Shown one piece after another: positions 31,766-42,528 of a DNA stretch of 64,000 nucleotides. The notes below the pieces were generated by a model that was given only the letters and a program-made list of their open reading frames with translations, searched no databases and was not told the origin of the DNA. The stretch spans positions 128,001 to 192,000 of the forward strand of contig JAEOTA010000081.1 in assembly GCA_016840085.1 (NCBI GenBank), read 5' to 3'. Position numbers and translations under genes: made by a program. The DNA comes from Promethearchaeota archaeon. Its GTDB lineage: Archaea; Asgardarchaeota; Lokiarchaeia; Sigyniarchaeales; SOKP01. Within the stretch, counting starts at the first letter, position 1. Every line of letters begins with the position of its first letter.

Positions 31766-32391
31766 GGAGCAGTTTTTATTTCAGTTTTAAATGATTTATC
31801 TTCAATAATTTCAACGTAAGAATTTTTTTCTAAATTGTATTTTTTATAATAAAATAATTTTTTTGCTTTTTCTATATTCATAATCAAAGTATCAATCATG
31901 ACATTTCCAACAAAAAAAATTTTAGAGGAATCAATCCCTTCTCTTTTTAAATTAATTTCAGCACTTTTTTCAGTTGTAAATAAAAAATCTGACAACTGAT
32001 CTGTCAGAAGCCGATTTACTTCTTCTGGCATTTTTTGATCAAAGCTTCTTAATCCCGCTTCTACATGTGCTACTTTTATAAATAATTTTTTGGCAACCAA
32101 TGCACATGCTAGTGTAGAATTAACATCTCCTACAACTAAAACTAGTGAAGGTTTATCTTTAAGAAGAAATTCTTCAAATTTTACCATAATTTTCGCAGTT
32201 TAAGTTGCGTGAGAAGCTGAACCAACATTTAAATGTATATCTGGTTCCGGAATTTCAAGATCATTAAAATTTTTTTTTGACATATTATAGTCGTAATGTT
32301 GACCTGTATGAATAAATTTATAAATGATATTTTTTTTTTTTAATTCTTGTATCAAAGGAGCGATTTTAACTAAATAGATTAATTTTTTCAT
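31762..32391 (-). pseudogene. wecB: UDP-N-acetylglucosamine 2-epimerase (WecB/WbpI family) pseudogene
   Basis: HTGQHYD, VGDVNSTLA, HVEAGLRSFD..MPEEVNR, VGNVMID. In-frame TAA at 32202-32200, missing the GxRP N-terminal motif and the C-terminal third. Confidence 0.9.
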
Positions 32392-32652
32392 TGAATTTTG
32401 TCTATTTTTTAAAATTAATAAAAGCTTATTTTAATAACTTAATAATATATTAATATTTAAATGTAAATTCTAAGGATTCATTTTAACCTTAAAAACCTCT
32501 CCCTATCTTTAATAATTTTATCCTAAAGAGTTTTTATATTTATGAGTATAAAATAACTTATAAATATAAACTCAAAAACTTATAGTCTCTCTTTGGAACT
32601 ATAAGATGTAAACTCGGGATTACCCTCTTTATTGCTCAATTTTATAGGATAA

Positions 32653-33897
32653 CTATGAAAGATAAATGAAGTAATAATATAAAATTGCTTCAATTAAATT
32701 AAAGAAAAGTAATCCAATAATTAACATTATCCCACTATTCATAAAGAAACCTAATATTAAAAAAGATAATAATCCCAAGAAGGACAAAAATGAACTAAAA
32801 GCAATTTTTTTATATCTACCTAAAGCTTGGATTTTACCTCCCAAGAAAGCAACTATTACCATTGAAAAAATTAAAAAAATAAAAACACGAATTATATTTT
32901 TTCCATCAGTAGATAAATATAAATTGAAGAATTTGTATAAAATTAATTCTAAAGGGATAAAATCTAAAATGAAAAATATAAGGAAAGTTATAATTATTCC
33001 GACAACAATTAAATAGAACATATTTTTATTTTTTTGAGGTGTTTCTTCAACATTGGAAACAGAGAGGGTGGAAATTAGCAAATTTGAACAAAACATAGCT
33101 ATAAATGAAACGAAAAATAGAGATAAATCAAAAATCTTAAATGAATCAGGTGTCATAATTTTAATTGCAAGAAATACTACTAGCCAATTTCCAATAGAAT
33201 GAAATAAGGTATTAATGCTCAATAAAAATCCTTTTTTAATATTTTTAACAGCATTCAACAAATATTCTTTATTGAGTAATTTCTGTAATGAAAAAAATAG
33301 ATATTTCCAACTTGGTTTAGAAAGAATTGCCCCAATAATAAACGAAGATATAAGACTAAAACAATATAAATAGATAAAGAAATTTAAGTTAAGAAAAATC
33401 TGAATATTAAATATAAATGGAATTATAATTAAACCTTCAATAATTGCTGGTATAGATGTGATTAATGCTGATTTTACAGCATATCCACGGGCTCTTGTAT
33501 TGGCAATAAAAAATTCCATAAATGACCTAAATATTATACTTATCGAAAAAAATAATAATTGGAAAATGGAAAATACTTTTAGATAAAAAAATCCCATCAT
33601 AAATATAAAGATAAAGCCAATAAAATTTGTGATCCAATAAGATAAAGCAAAATTCATTTCAATATCCTTAGAAGTATTATTCAATCTAATTTCTCTAGTT
33701 AGTGGACTATGTAGTGTTAATCCAGCCATAGTTATAGTTAGAGCAAATGTTTGTAATGTTAGAGAAAAAATGGGATAATCTTTTCCAGCTAAGACAATTA
33801 ATGGAATGAATCTGAACGGTATTCTGCCCAAGAAAGAAATTACGGTTCCGATTGAAAGAATAAATGTAAATCTTTTGATAGATCTAATTTTTTTCAT
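32653..33897 (-). CDS. Multi-pass membrane protein, putative polysaccharide flippase
   Basis: 414 aa with about 12 hydrophobic segments in a two-fold MATE-like layout. Glycan-cluster context. Confidence 0.55.
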   Translation of the reverse strand: MKKIRSIKRFTFILSIGTVISFLGRIPFRFIPLIVLAGKDYPIFSLTLQTFALTITMAGLTLHSPLTREIRLNNTSKDIEMNFALSYWITNFIGFIFIFMMGFFYLKVFSIFQLLFFSISIIFRSFMEFFIANTRARGYAVKSALITSIPAIIEGLIIIPFIFNIQIFLNLNFFIYLYCFSLISSFIIGAILSKPSWKYLFFSLQKLLNKEYLLNAVKNIKKGFLLSINTLFHSIGNWLVVFLAIKIMTPDSFKIFDLSLFFVSFIAMFCSNLLISTLSVSNVEETPQKNKNMFYLIVVGIIITFLIFFILDFIPLELILYKFFNLYLSTDGKNIIRVFIFLIFSMVIVAFLGGKIQALGRYKKIAFSSFLSFLGLLSFLILGFFMNSGIMLIIGLLFFNLIEAILYYYFIYLS

Positions 33898-34409
33898 TTA
33901 ATTTACCGAATAAATTCACTGTCTTCAGAATGTTTAATTTACTTTGAATAATAGGATAATACCATAAACGATTGATTAATTAAAAAATATGATATTCTTA
34001 TTGTTTACGTAGTTCACACGTTTTTAAGTGAATTGAAAACTCTATTGAACTTATATTATCCATAAAAAACATTCTTGACTTATTACCACTATTTGAATTT
34101 TCTTATATTTCAGGGTCTTTTTTGATGTTTATTAATGCACGAATATTTAGAATTTGTATGCTTATAGATCAAGATCATATGAGTGATTTCACTTCTCAAA
34201 CTCTTAAATATCGCGAGGATTCCGCTCCAAGCATCCGAAGTAAAGTGAAAGATGATTATAAATTGGTAGAATTATTAATTGGAATAGAAAGGTAAAAATT
34301 TAAGAAATTACTTCATATAAATTTAAGGGTTATTGAGAAATTTAAATACAATAACTGATATTTGCAACTATCAAGAAAATAATACGTAAACTTAGTAAGC
34401 AATATAGAT

Positions 34410-35510
34410 ATGAAATTAAAAAAAATTTTTTTAGTAATAATGGGACTAAATCAGAGTAAAGCTTTAACTTATATTTTACCGATTTTGGAGACTATGAAGA
34501 TATACAAGTTATATGTAATCCGCGATTCACCTTTACTATTAAATGATGAAAGAATTATAAATATCAACCCACCAAAAAGATTTAGAAAGAATCCTCTAAT
34601 TAAATCAATTTATAAATTATTTTTATTGATTGTATTGAATTTCAGATATAAATTTGATTTAATATATGCAGTTCATATGTTTCCACATGGGTTAGTTGGT
34701 TGGTTTATTTCCAAATTATTTAAAATAAAATATGTATTCAACTTAATTGCATATGATGCTGAATTAAGATATTGGGGTAACACTTTTACTTTTATTACGA
34801 AAAGAGTACTTTTAGATGCGGATTACCTTATGATTGAAGGTTTTTTTGATCAAGATCAAATTAATTCTAAAAATAAGCTACTCAGTTTCTTTAAACAATT
34901 GAATATTGATTTTCATAAATTATTACCTGGTTATACAGCAGTTTTTCCAGAAAAATTTTTTCCGATAAAAAAAGAGATAAAATGGGATATAATTACAATT
35001 ACTAGATTAAATCAAATTAAGCGGATTGACTTATTTATTGAAATAGTCCAAAATCTATTGGATAATATTGACATAAATTGTGCTATAATTGGAGATGGTC
35101 CGTTATTAAAAAAATTAAAAAAACAAGTTGAAAATAAAGGATTAAAAAATAAGATTTGTTTTTTAGGACGAATACCTAATAATAAATTAAATCAATTTTA
35201 TAATAGTGCAAAGATTTTTTTATTAACATCTGAAAATGAAGGATTACCCGCAACTCTAGTAGAAGCAATGTTAACTAAAACTTGTCCAATAACAACAGAT
35301 GTAGGCGCGATTCCAAATCTTATTAAAGATGGCTATAATGGATTTTTATACTCAATAAATAATTTAAAAAATGCTGAAAAAATAATTATAAAATGCTTAA
35401 AAAATAATAATTTGCGAAAAACTATTGGAAATAATGGTAGAAAACGAGCATTAGAAGTATCCGCATGGAATCGTATCTCTACATGGAATAGAATAATACA
35501 AAGTATTTAA
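34410..35510 (+). CDS. Glycosyltransferase family 4
   Basis: ITRLNQIKRID, IGDGP, LTSENEGLPATLVEAM, TDVGAI. Confidence 0.92.
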   Translation: MKLKKIFLVIMGLNQSKALTYILPILETMKIYKLYVIRDSPLLLNDERIININPPKRFRKNPLIKSIYKLFLLIVLNFRYKFDLIYAVHMFPHGLVGWFISKLFKIKYVFNLIAYDAELRYWGNTFTFITKRVLLDADYLMIEGFFDQDQINSKNKLLSFFKQLNIDFHKLLPGYTAVFPEKFFPIKKEIKWDIITITRLNQIKRIDLFIEIVQNLLDNIDINCAIIGDGPLLKKLKKQVENKGLKNKICFLGRIPNNKLNQFYNSAKIFLLTSENEGLPATLVEAMLTKTCPITTDVGAIPNLIKDGYNGFLYSINNLKNAEKIIIKCLKNNNLRKTIGNNGRKRALEVSAWNRISTWNRIIQSI

Positions 35511-35721
35511 TATGGATTTTTTCTATACATTAAATTAGTTGTTTTGTTTCTAAAAGAAAAAGGGCTCGATATATAATTCGAGAATTTAATATGAAAGGAA
35601 AATAGAAATGCGATAAAGCATTTTTTTTTTATTAATCTTTAATCAAATTCTGCTATTATCTATTTATAAAATTTAATAAAGCTTATAATATTTTATCAAT
35701 TTATCTTCAGTAGAAAAGAGA

Positions 35722-36825
35722 TTGGGATTATTTTCAATGACTATAAAGTTAAGTATTACTGGAGATATATTTCTTTCGGATCAACCACATATGGTTGGCA
35801 TTGGGGTTAGATCTTGTACTAAAAAAACCAAAATTAGAGATTATCCTTTTCATAAAATTAAAAACCATTTAAAAAGATCAGATATAGTTTTTGGTAATTT
35901 AGAATCGAGTTTTAGCAATAAAAGGAATAAATTTATACTTAAACCATTTTTAATTGATATAAAGAGTGCTATGTCCTTGAAAAATGCAAATTATAATATT
36001 TTAAATGTTGCAAATAATCATATTATGGAAAATGGATTTGAAGGCTTTAATTTCACTAAAAAAGTTTTGAATAGCTTAAACATTAAACTCTTAGGACAAA
36101 AAGACAGTAAATGTGGGTATTATACTAAACCAATTATTCTGATAAAAGATAATAAAAAAATATCGTTTTTAGGCTATAGTTTAAAAGCTGATGATTTTGG
36201 GAAAAATGTTTTATACTCTATTTCGGATGAAAAAATGATCATTGAAGATATAAAAAGGATTAAGGAGAAGGAGAACCCCAATATTATTATAATATCTCTT
36301 CATTGGGGTGATGAATACATTAGCATCCCGCATCCCGAAAATGTTAAAATTGCCAGAAGATTTATTGATACAGGTGCTAATTTAATTATTGGACATCATT
36401 CTCATGTTTTAGCTCCTATTGAAAAATATAAAAATTCATTTATAATATATAGTCTTGGGAATTTTGTTTTTGATATGACATATCCATTTACTAACTATGG
36501 ACTATTGGTTGATCTAAGCATATCGGGAGAAAATAATGAATTATTTTTAAAACCCAATCTTATAGTGATTCAAAAAAATTGGATTCCAAAAATCCTAAAA
36601 TTAAATTTTAAAAAGATAATATATCCATCAAGAAAAATAGATGAAATCACAAATAATATTGATAAATATCTCTATATTCTATCTGTAAATAGACAAAACT
36701 ATAGAAAATCTTTTTATAAACTATTAATTAAAAATTTAATAAGAAATCCTTATTACTTAATTCCATTTCTTCTTAGGCTTATTAAACTTAGGAGATATCA
36801 TATAATTAAAAAAAAAAAGTGGTAA
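35722..36825 (+). CDS. CapA family (PGA_cap) metallophosphoesterase-like protein
   Basis: TGDI, GNLES, ANNHIME, SLHWGDE, IGHHSHV, YSLGNFVFD. Confidence 0.9.
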   Translation: MGLFSMTIKLSITGDIFLSDQPHMVGIGVRSCTKKTKIRDYPFHKIKNHLKRSDIVFGNLESSFSNKRNKFILKPFLIDIKSAMSLKNANYNILNVANNHIMENGFEGFNFTKKVLNSLNIKLLGQKDSKCGYYTKPIILIKDNKKISFLGYSLKADDFGKNVLYSISDEKMIIEDIKRIKEKENPNIIIISLHWGDEYISIPHPENVKIARRFIDTGANLIIGHHSHVLAPIEKYKNSFIIYSLGNFVFDMTYPFTNYGLLVDLSISGENNELFLKPNLIVIQKNWIPKILKLNFKKIIYPSRKIDEITNNIDKYLYILSVNRQNYRKSFYKLLIKNLIRNPYYLIPFLLRLIKLRRYHIIKKKKW

Positions 36826-36856
36826 AATTATAGACTATCGTAAATTCTTATTTAAT

Positions 36857-38170
36857 TTGGGACATTTTCTAAATTATCCTTTTTTCTTTAAATTGTATAA
36901 CTGGTTAGATAATAACCAGTATAAGAAAAAACAAATAATGCTTAAGCAACAATCATTTTATTTAAAACAGATAGTCAACTTTTGTTATGAAAATGTAAAA
37001 TTTTATCGGAATAACCTTAAGGCTTTAAATCTATTGCCTAAAGATATTAAATTTATTGAAGATCTTTCAAAACTTCCAATTATCGATAAGAAAACAATAA
37101 ACCAAAATTATAATGATTTTTTTCCAAAAAATCTGAATAACATAAAATATATTGAAAGATCTACGGGAGGTACTACAGGTACTCCAATGAGATATCGTAT
37201 TACCAAATACGAGCGTAATTTAGCAGGCGCATTAACCTATCGACGCTGGAAAAGGGCAAATTATAAAATTGGAGATAGAATCTTAATTATTGGAGGTTCT
37301 TCAATTATACCTAATAAAAATACTTATTTAAAAGATTTAATAACTCGAACTATAAGAAATGCTTTTTATTTAGATTCTTTTAATTTGTCTGAGAAGATTC
37401 TTAGAAATGAGATCGATAGAATAAATAAATTTCAACCCAAATTTATATATGGTTATCCTTCTGCAATTGAATTTTTTGGTAGATGGTTATATAATAATGG
37501 ATATAGTTTAAATGGAATTAGAGGGATAGTAACAACCTCTGAAACATTATATCAACATATTAGGGTGAAAATTGAAAATTATTACGGAATTTCAGTTTTT
37601 GATAATTATGGTTTAAATGATGGCGGAATCTCTGCAGGTGAATGTAAAAAGAAAGAAGGTCTTCACATTGATACCGAAAGAAGTATTCTAGACGTAGTTG
37701 ATAACAATAATAATAATATTATTGGAGAAGAGGGTGAGATAATCGCAACCTCTCTTTTCAATTATGCTATGCCTTTTATAAGATATCGTACCGGAGATGT
37801 TGGAATTCTATCACCCACAACATACGAATGTGAATGTGGAATAAATTCTCCGATTCTTGAATCAATTAAAGGTAGGACTGTTGATATATTGATAACTCCA
37901 GAAGGTAATTTTGTTCATGGATGGTATTTTTTATATATTTTTTGGAATTATTGTAAAGGAATCATTTCTTACAAAATTGAACAGAATAATAAAGAGGAGA
38001 TTAATATTTATATTGTCCCAGAAAAAGAATCAGATTATAAAAATACAATTAAAAAAATTGAATTAGCTGTTAAAGCGAGATTTCCAACATGGAAATTGAA
38101 TTTTATAATTAATGAAAAAATTAGTTATAACAATAAAAGAAAATTCATTATAAATAACCTATTAAATTAG
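36857..38170 (+). CDS. Phenylacetate-CoA ligase family (CapK-like) adenylate-forming enzyme
   Basis: STGGTTGTP, GYPS, TTSE, YGLNDGG, AMPFIRYRTGD, IKGR. Confidence 0.88.
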   Translation: MGHFLNYPFFFKLYNWLDNNQYKKKQIMLKQQSFYLKQIVNFCYENVKFYRNNLKALNLLPKDIKFIEDLSKLPIIDKKTINQNYNDFFPKNLNNIKYIERSTGGTTGTPMRYRITKYERNLAGALTYRRWKRANYKIGDRILIIGGSSIIPNKNTYLKDLITRTIRNAFYLDSFNLSEKILRNEIDRINKFQPKFIYGYPSAIEFFGRWLYNNGYSLNGIRGIVTTSETLYQHIRVKIENYYGISVFDNYGLNDGGISAGECKKKEGLHIDTERSILDVVDNNNNNIIGEEGEIIATSLFNYAMPFIRYRTGDVGILSPTTYECECGINSPILESIKGRTVDILITPEGNFVHGWYFLYIFWNYCKGIISYKIEQNNKEEINIYIVPEKESDYKNTIKKIELAVKARFPTWKLNFIINEKISYNNKRKFIINNLLN

Positions 38171-38189
38171 ATGACCAAAAAATAGCAAA

Positions 38190-38366
38190 AAAATCAAAGA
38201 AGGAATTAATAAATCTTCCATACATCTAAAAGATAAGATATTAGTTAAACTAAAAGATAGAAAAAATTTTATGGTTCTCATAAATATAATGAAACATTAT
38301 GAAATTTTGAAAATTAAAGAAATCGAAATTTCACTTGAAAATTTATTTGTAAATCTTATTAAGTAG
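38190..38366 (+). pseudogene. C-terminal remnant of an ABC ATPase paralogous to 20553-21470
   Basis: KILVKLKDRKNFMVLINIMKHYEILKIKEIEISLENLFVNLIK* vs GFIVRIKNRDYYKDLIQILRNYKILKIKEQELSLEDLFLNII*. Confidence 0.75.
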
Positions 38367-38403
38367 TATAGAGGTAATTACCGATTTCTATATTATTTTT
38401 TAT

Positions 38404-38640
38404 ATTATGCAAAATAATCCTTTGAAATAAGCCATTCTTGGTTATTAGTATACTAATTCACGGTCAATTCTAAACCCTTGTCAAAATTGCTTAAGTTTGC
38501 CATTTTATCATGATTGATAAAATACCTTAGGTCATGATCAGGTCGGTCCTTTACAAATGGTATGAGACATTCGGGTTTATCAAGTATTTTAAGAATCTTC
38601 TTAACTAAATCAATATTTAGTAACTCAGAATTTCACCAAA
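38404..38640 (-). pseudogene. rmlB: C-terminal remnant of dTDP-glucose 4,6-dehydratase
   Basis: NIDLVKKILKILDKPECLIPFVKDRPDHDLRYFINHDK..FDKGLELTVN*YTNNQEWL matches the C-terminus of 59347-60378. Confidence 0.85.
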
Positions 38641-40512
38641 AATAGATGAGCTATTCTTATATCTTAGAATTTCATAAATCAATATGCTATTCTCATCATA
38701 AATTAGCCGATAATAATCCGGTAATGAGTTAAGCTTAAGAAGAAATAAAATGAAATCATCTGTATATTCTGAATTTGTTAAATTCCCATGAAAGATGGGT
38801 AATATAGGAAAGGTATGAGGAGGATTGATATCAATAAATAAATATAGATATGATAATGGATAATAATTGGTTTTGAACTCATCTTTATCAAAGTCATCAA
38901 AAAACATATTCATGTAAGGAGTTGCCCATCTCATCGATACCCCTGATATTAGAGCCGTTAAACATAGTGATGTGACAAATCGGGAATCTTCTGGTAGGTT
39001 GGTGTTAATCCAATAACAAGCATTGTACTGTTCTTCTGTGTAACTTAAATTTCTATCATATATAGTTATAGATAATAATGATATGGATAAAATTAAAAAA
39101 ACTTTAGTTGATTTTTTTTTAAATATTGAATTGAGTTTAAAACATTTGGAAATTAAATAAAATCGTTTTTCATCAATTATCGTCATAAAATCAAATAATA
39201 AAAAAAATATATATATAGGCATTATAAAAGTTATAACTCTGAAGAATAAAAAACCTGCCCCATAAAAAAGACTTAAAATAACGAATATTGATGTTATATT
39301 AACAAATAATCTTAAATAAGACTGAAAATTTGCCTCGAATTTCTTTTTCTTTTGATATTTAAAGGAATAACGAAATTGGCTATAAAATATAACAAAAAAG
39401 ATTATCATGAATTCAATAGACTTTAATAATAATCTGTAAAGAGAACCTTCATGACGTGATCTAACAAATGTACCACCAGTATTCCAATTTATTATAATAT
39501 ACTCTTTTATATAATCGGATAAAGGTAAAATGGATATGAAACTTGTCAAAATAAAGGGAAATAATATAATTAAGAACATGACTATATAAAGCAACCCATT
39601 CAAAATTAGAACATGAAAATAGGTAATTTTTAATTCTTTTCTTTTAATAAGGAAATATATAAATCTTAAAATTAGCGCGATAAATGTAAATGCAACTAAT
39701 AAATATCCGTAAACATGAGATTGAACCGAAAAGAAATTTATAATAATTAAAAAAATAAAATTAATAATTGAGAATTTATAAGAAAGATATATTACTAAAG
39801 GCATAAAAGTTGCAATAAAAATCCATGGCATCATTGTAAAGATAATCCCAAAATTCATTGAAAGAAACATAGTAAATAAAAAAATAATATAAAAAATTAG
39901 ATTGTTTTCTCGTTTTTTATTGAAAAACTCTGAATGAATTAGAAATATTCCAATAAAAAAAATTGAAAATTGAATAAATGGAGCAATATAAAGAAAAATA
40001 AAATGAGGATTCAAACCAGTTAAATTACTTAATAACGCATAAATTTTATGATAATACAAATTCTGATAATTATTCATACGTGTTTCAACAACAAATTCAG
40101 AGAGATTTTCGTTGTTTATTAATAATTTAACAATATAAAGATGATCTAAACTATCCTCTGACCAAATTCTTTTATTAGCTAGACTTGGCCCTAAAGCAAT
40201 TAGTAAACTTAAAATGAATACTATTGAAAAATAAATGGTTTTTTTGTAATTAATTCTCTCATATAAAATTTTAATCAAAATTGCACAAGTCAAAAGTATT
40301 ATTAAAATATAAAAAAAAACAAAAAATATATTCAATCTTTCTAGATAATATCGATAGCCAGGAAGAAAATACCCTAAAAACCCTTTAACTAAAATATTTT
40401 GTGGATTAATTAGGCTAAGAATATAGAAAATGAATAAAAGAAGAAGAAGGAAGAAAATCATTTTAACCTTCAGAAACTTCCATTGATATAATTTTAGTAC
40501 AAATTTTTTCAT
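38617..40512 (-). CDS. Multi-pass membrane protein, GT-C-like
   Basis: About 13 hydrophobic segments, WSEDSLDH loop, and EEQYNACYWINTNLPEDS at the start of a soluble C-terminal domain. Confidence 0.6.
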   Translation of the reverse strand: MKKFVLKLYQWKFLKVKMIFFLLLLLFIFYILSLINPQNILVKGFLGYFLPGYRYYLERLNIFFVFFYILIILLTCAILIKILYERINYKKTIYFSIVFILSLLIALGPSLANKRIWSEDSLDHLYIVKLLINNENLSEFVVETRMNNYQNLYYHKIYALLSNLTGLNPHFIFLYIAPFIQFSIFFIGIFLIHSEFFNKKRENNLIFYIIFLFTMFLSMNFGIIFTMMPWIFIATFMPLVIYLSYKFSIINFIFLIIINFFSVQSHVYGYLLVAFTFIALILRFIYFLIKRKELKITYFHVLILNGLLYIVMFLIILFPFILTSFISILPLSDYIKEYIIINWNTGGTFVRSRHEGSLYRLLLKSIEFMIIFFVIFYSQFRYSFKYQKKKKFEANFQSYLRLFVNITSIFVILSLFYGAGFLFFRVITFIMPIYIFFLLFDFMTIIDEKRFYLISKCFKLNSIFKKKSTKVFLILSISLLSITIYDRNLSYTEEQYNACYWINTNLPEDSRFVTSLCLTALISGVSMRWATPYMNMFFDDFDKDEFKTNYYPLSYLYLFIDINPPHTFPILPIFHGNLTNSEYTDDFILFLLKLNSLPDYYRLIYDENSILIYEILRYKNSSSIFGEILSY

Positions 40513-40686
40513 TGATAAGACTTAAAATTTACTATTTTTTTTTCTCTTAAATAAATTATGTTTTCTATTAGTCTTCTTTTGGGTAATTATATCAAATTAA
40601 GTATTAATTGTAAGTTTATTTAATTTCATCTAAAAATAAATTGTAATTGATGATCTTCTAATGATTAGGATATAATATTAAATTGG

Positions 40687-42528
40687 TTAGAGGAGGAAAG
40701 GAATACACTCTCTCATCCTTGATTGAAAGTTTCGCTTTACATAAGGAATCAAAAATAGATATTCTTCATGAAGTTCAATACCCGGATATGAAATTATCCC
40801 TATTTTGTATGAACACAATTGTGCTGTGTCGAGAAAATCAGAGAGATTTTGGACTTCGCTATAAGATGCTTTCAGAGAATCCCAATCATCGAAGAATACA
40901 GGATATAACACCCTCTTCCAAGGCTGGAATACATGCAAATCCGGAAGAATCGTTAAATTGTCGTTAGAGCGATAAAGCTCTATATCATAATATACACAAT
41001 ATGCAGCGATTATGCGAACATTGTAATCTACGGGGAATCCTACTAGTATAAGCACTTGAATATCATCGTTTGCCAGATGGTTGCGTAGCGGTATTGAATC
41101 AAGATCGGAATCTGGCACTATTGGGGGATACAAGATTTGTGATCCGATTAGAAGTGTAGAGAGTGCCACCACAGCAATTCCACCAGAATATTTCTTAAGG
41201 TGTTTGATATTAGTAGAATCAATTCTATCTAGTAATGTGTTTAACCTACATGATTGGGATTTCTTCATAATTTCGTAAACCGCGGTGATTGAAATGAAGA
41301 CAAGTACAATCACGATACCTAACAGATGAACCTTATAGTGAGGATAATCCTTGGTAACTCCAGTCCATGATCCTTGAACTATTAAATATACAACTAATCC
41401 TATAAGCGTGATGAAATGGATCCAAAAGTCCCTAAGAAATTTTGATAACTTCTCTGAAATCCCTGAATGCAAAACTTGTTCAGAATCAATATTCAGATAT
41501 CCTCTTACCATGATGCCTACTACTAGAGCACATAGACAAATGAGGAAAATGGATCCCAAAAGGGGATCAATCTCGAGGTCGTTATAACCCAAGAATGGTA
41601 TCTGTGGAACTTGATATATAGCTATTCGGTAGATAATCATGAGATTATATTCCGATTTTAAAATTTGCAGTCCTGCATCTAAGAGTGAAGTACTCCCGTA
41701 GAAAGTTGGTAAAAAAATAGGTTGTAGAACCAAGAACAAATAAAACCAACCAGCGCTCAGAAATAATATACCGCCAAACACAATCAAAGATTTAATTGGT
41801 ATTGTTCCGATAATACCATATAGCATGACTATAAAACAGAGAACTATTGCGAAATATACACACGAATAGTCATAAATCATGAACAAACCAACAGACAAGC
41901 CAAATAATGCGGAATGTCGCAAATTGCTCAGGTCCAGTGTTCCCATTAGGAGAATGAGGAAAAGTATCTGACTCATAACTGCGGTGTAAAAATGAGAATC
42001 TCTGCTCATGTTAACTAGAGGTGGATAAAAGAGAAATATACTTGCAACAAATAATCCCGTACGTTGATGGTTTAGAATTTTGGAGAATATTCCATATGCC
42101 CAAACCCCGGCTAAAGTTCCGGAGATAATCGATATAAAACGGGCTCCAAACTCAATCGGAAAACCCAGATTCCCAAAACCTACGATGGATATTCCATTCA
42201 GAAAGTTTCCAAGTGGGGGATGGAGCCGATTGAATGGCGATCTTTTATATCCTAATAACGAATAAACAACCTTCACTGGATTATTCAAGTTTTCAAGGAT
42301 AAGCTCCACAGTAAATGCCTCTTCCAGAGCATAGGTACCTTCATCCCATCTCAGAGGTATTAGATCGATATTGAAGACTCGTATAAGGAATCCGATTACT
42401 ACGAGTATCATCATCAATATCATCATTAGTGTTTTCCTGCGGAAAAGGATATCGCGGAGAAACTCTTTATTCTCTAATACTTTTTCTGTTTCTGATTTGG
42501 AACGTACAAGATTATTGCTTGAACTCAG
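40687..42528 (-). CDS. GT-C glycosyltransferase (PMT/ArnT-like), GC-rich
   Basis: LRWDEGTY, HPPLG, GARFISIISG. The frame extends 34 codons above 42426 to a CTG at 42528, preceded by GGAGGAG. Confidence 0.75.
   Translation of the reverse strand: MSSSNNLVRSKSETEKVLENKEFLRDILFRRKTLMMILMMILVVIGFLIRVFNIDLIPLRWDEGTYALEEAFTVELILENLNNPVKVVYSLLGYKRSPFNRLHPPLGNFLNGISIVGFGNLGFPIEFGARFISIISGTLAGVWAYGIFSKILNHQRTGLFVASIFLFYPPLVNMSRDSHFYTAVMSQILFLILLMGTLDLSNLRHSALFGLSVGLFMIYDYSCVYFAIVLCFIVMLYGIIGTIPIKSLIVFGGILFLSAGWFYLFLVLQPIFLPTFYGSTSLLDAGLQILKSEYNLMIIYRIAIYQVPQIPFLGYNDLEIDPLLGSIFLICLCALVVGIMVRGYLNIDSEQVLHSGISEKLSKFLRDFWIHFITLIGLVVYLIVQGSWTGVTKDYPHYKVHLLGIVIVLVFISITAVYEIMKKSQSCRLNTLLDRIDSTNIKHLKKYSGGIAVVALSTLLIGSQILYPPIVPDSDLDSIPLRNHLANDDIQVLILVGFPVDYNVRIIAAYCVYYDIELYRSNDNLTILPDLHVFQPWKRVLYPVFFDDWDSLKASYSEVQNLSDFLDTAQLCSYKIGIISYPGIELHEEYLFLIPYVKRNFQSRMRECIPFLL

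Noticed and set aside
31988-32008. Inverted repeat TCTGACA-N7-TGTCAGA resembling the rmlA dyad
   Set aside because: It lies in conserved wecB coding sequence (LTDQLSD) with different spacing, so probably coincidental.
32460-32650. Possible minus-strand remnant of a CapK-like C-terminus (SYKIEQ...IVPK)
   Set aside because: Only a few matching residues across several stops and frameshifts, too weak without an alignment.
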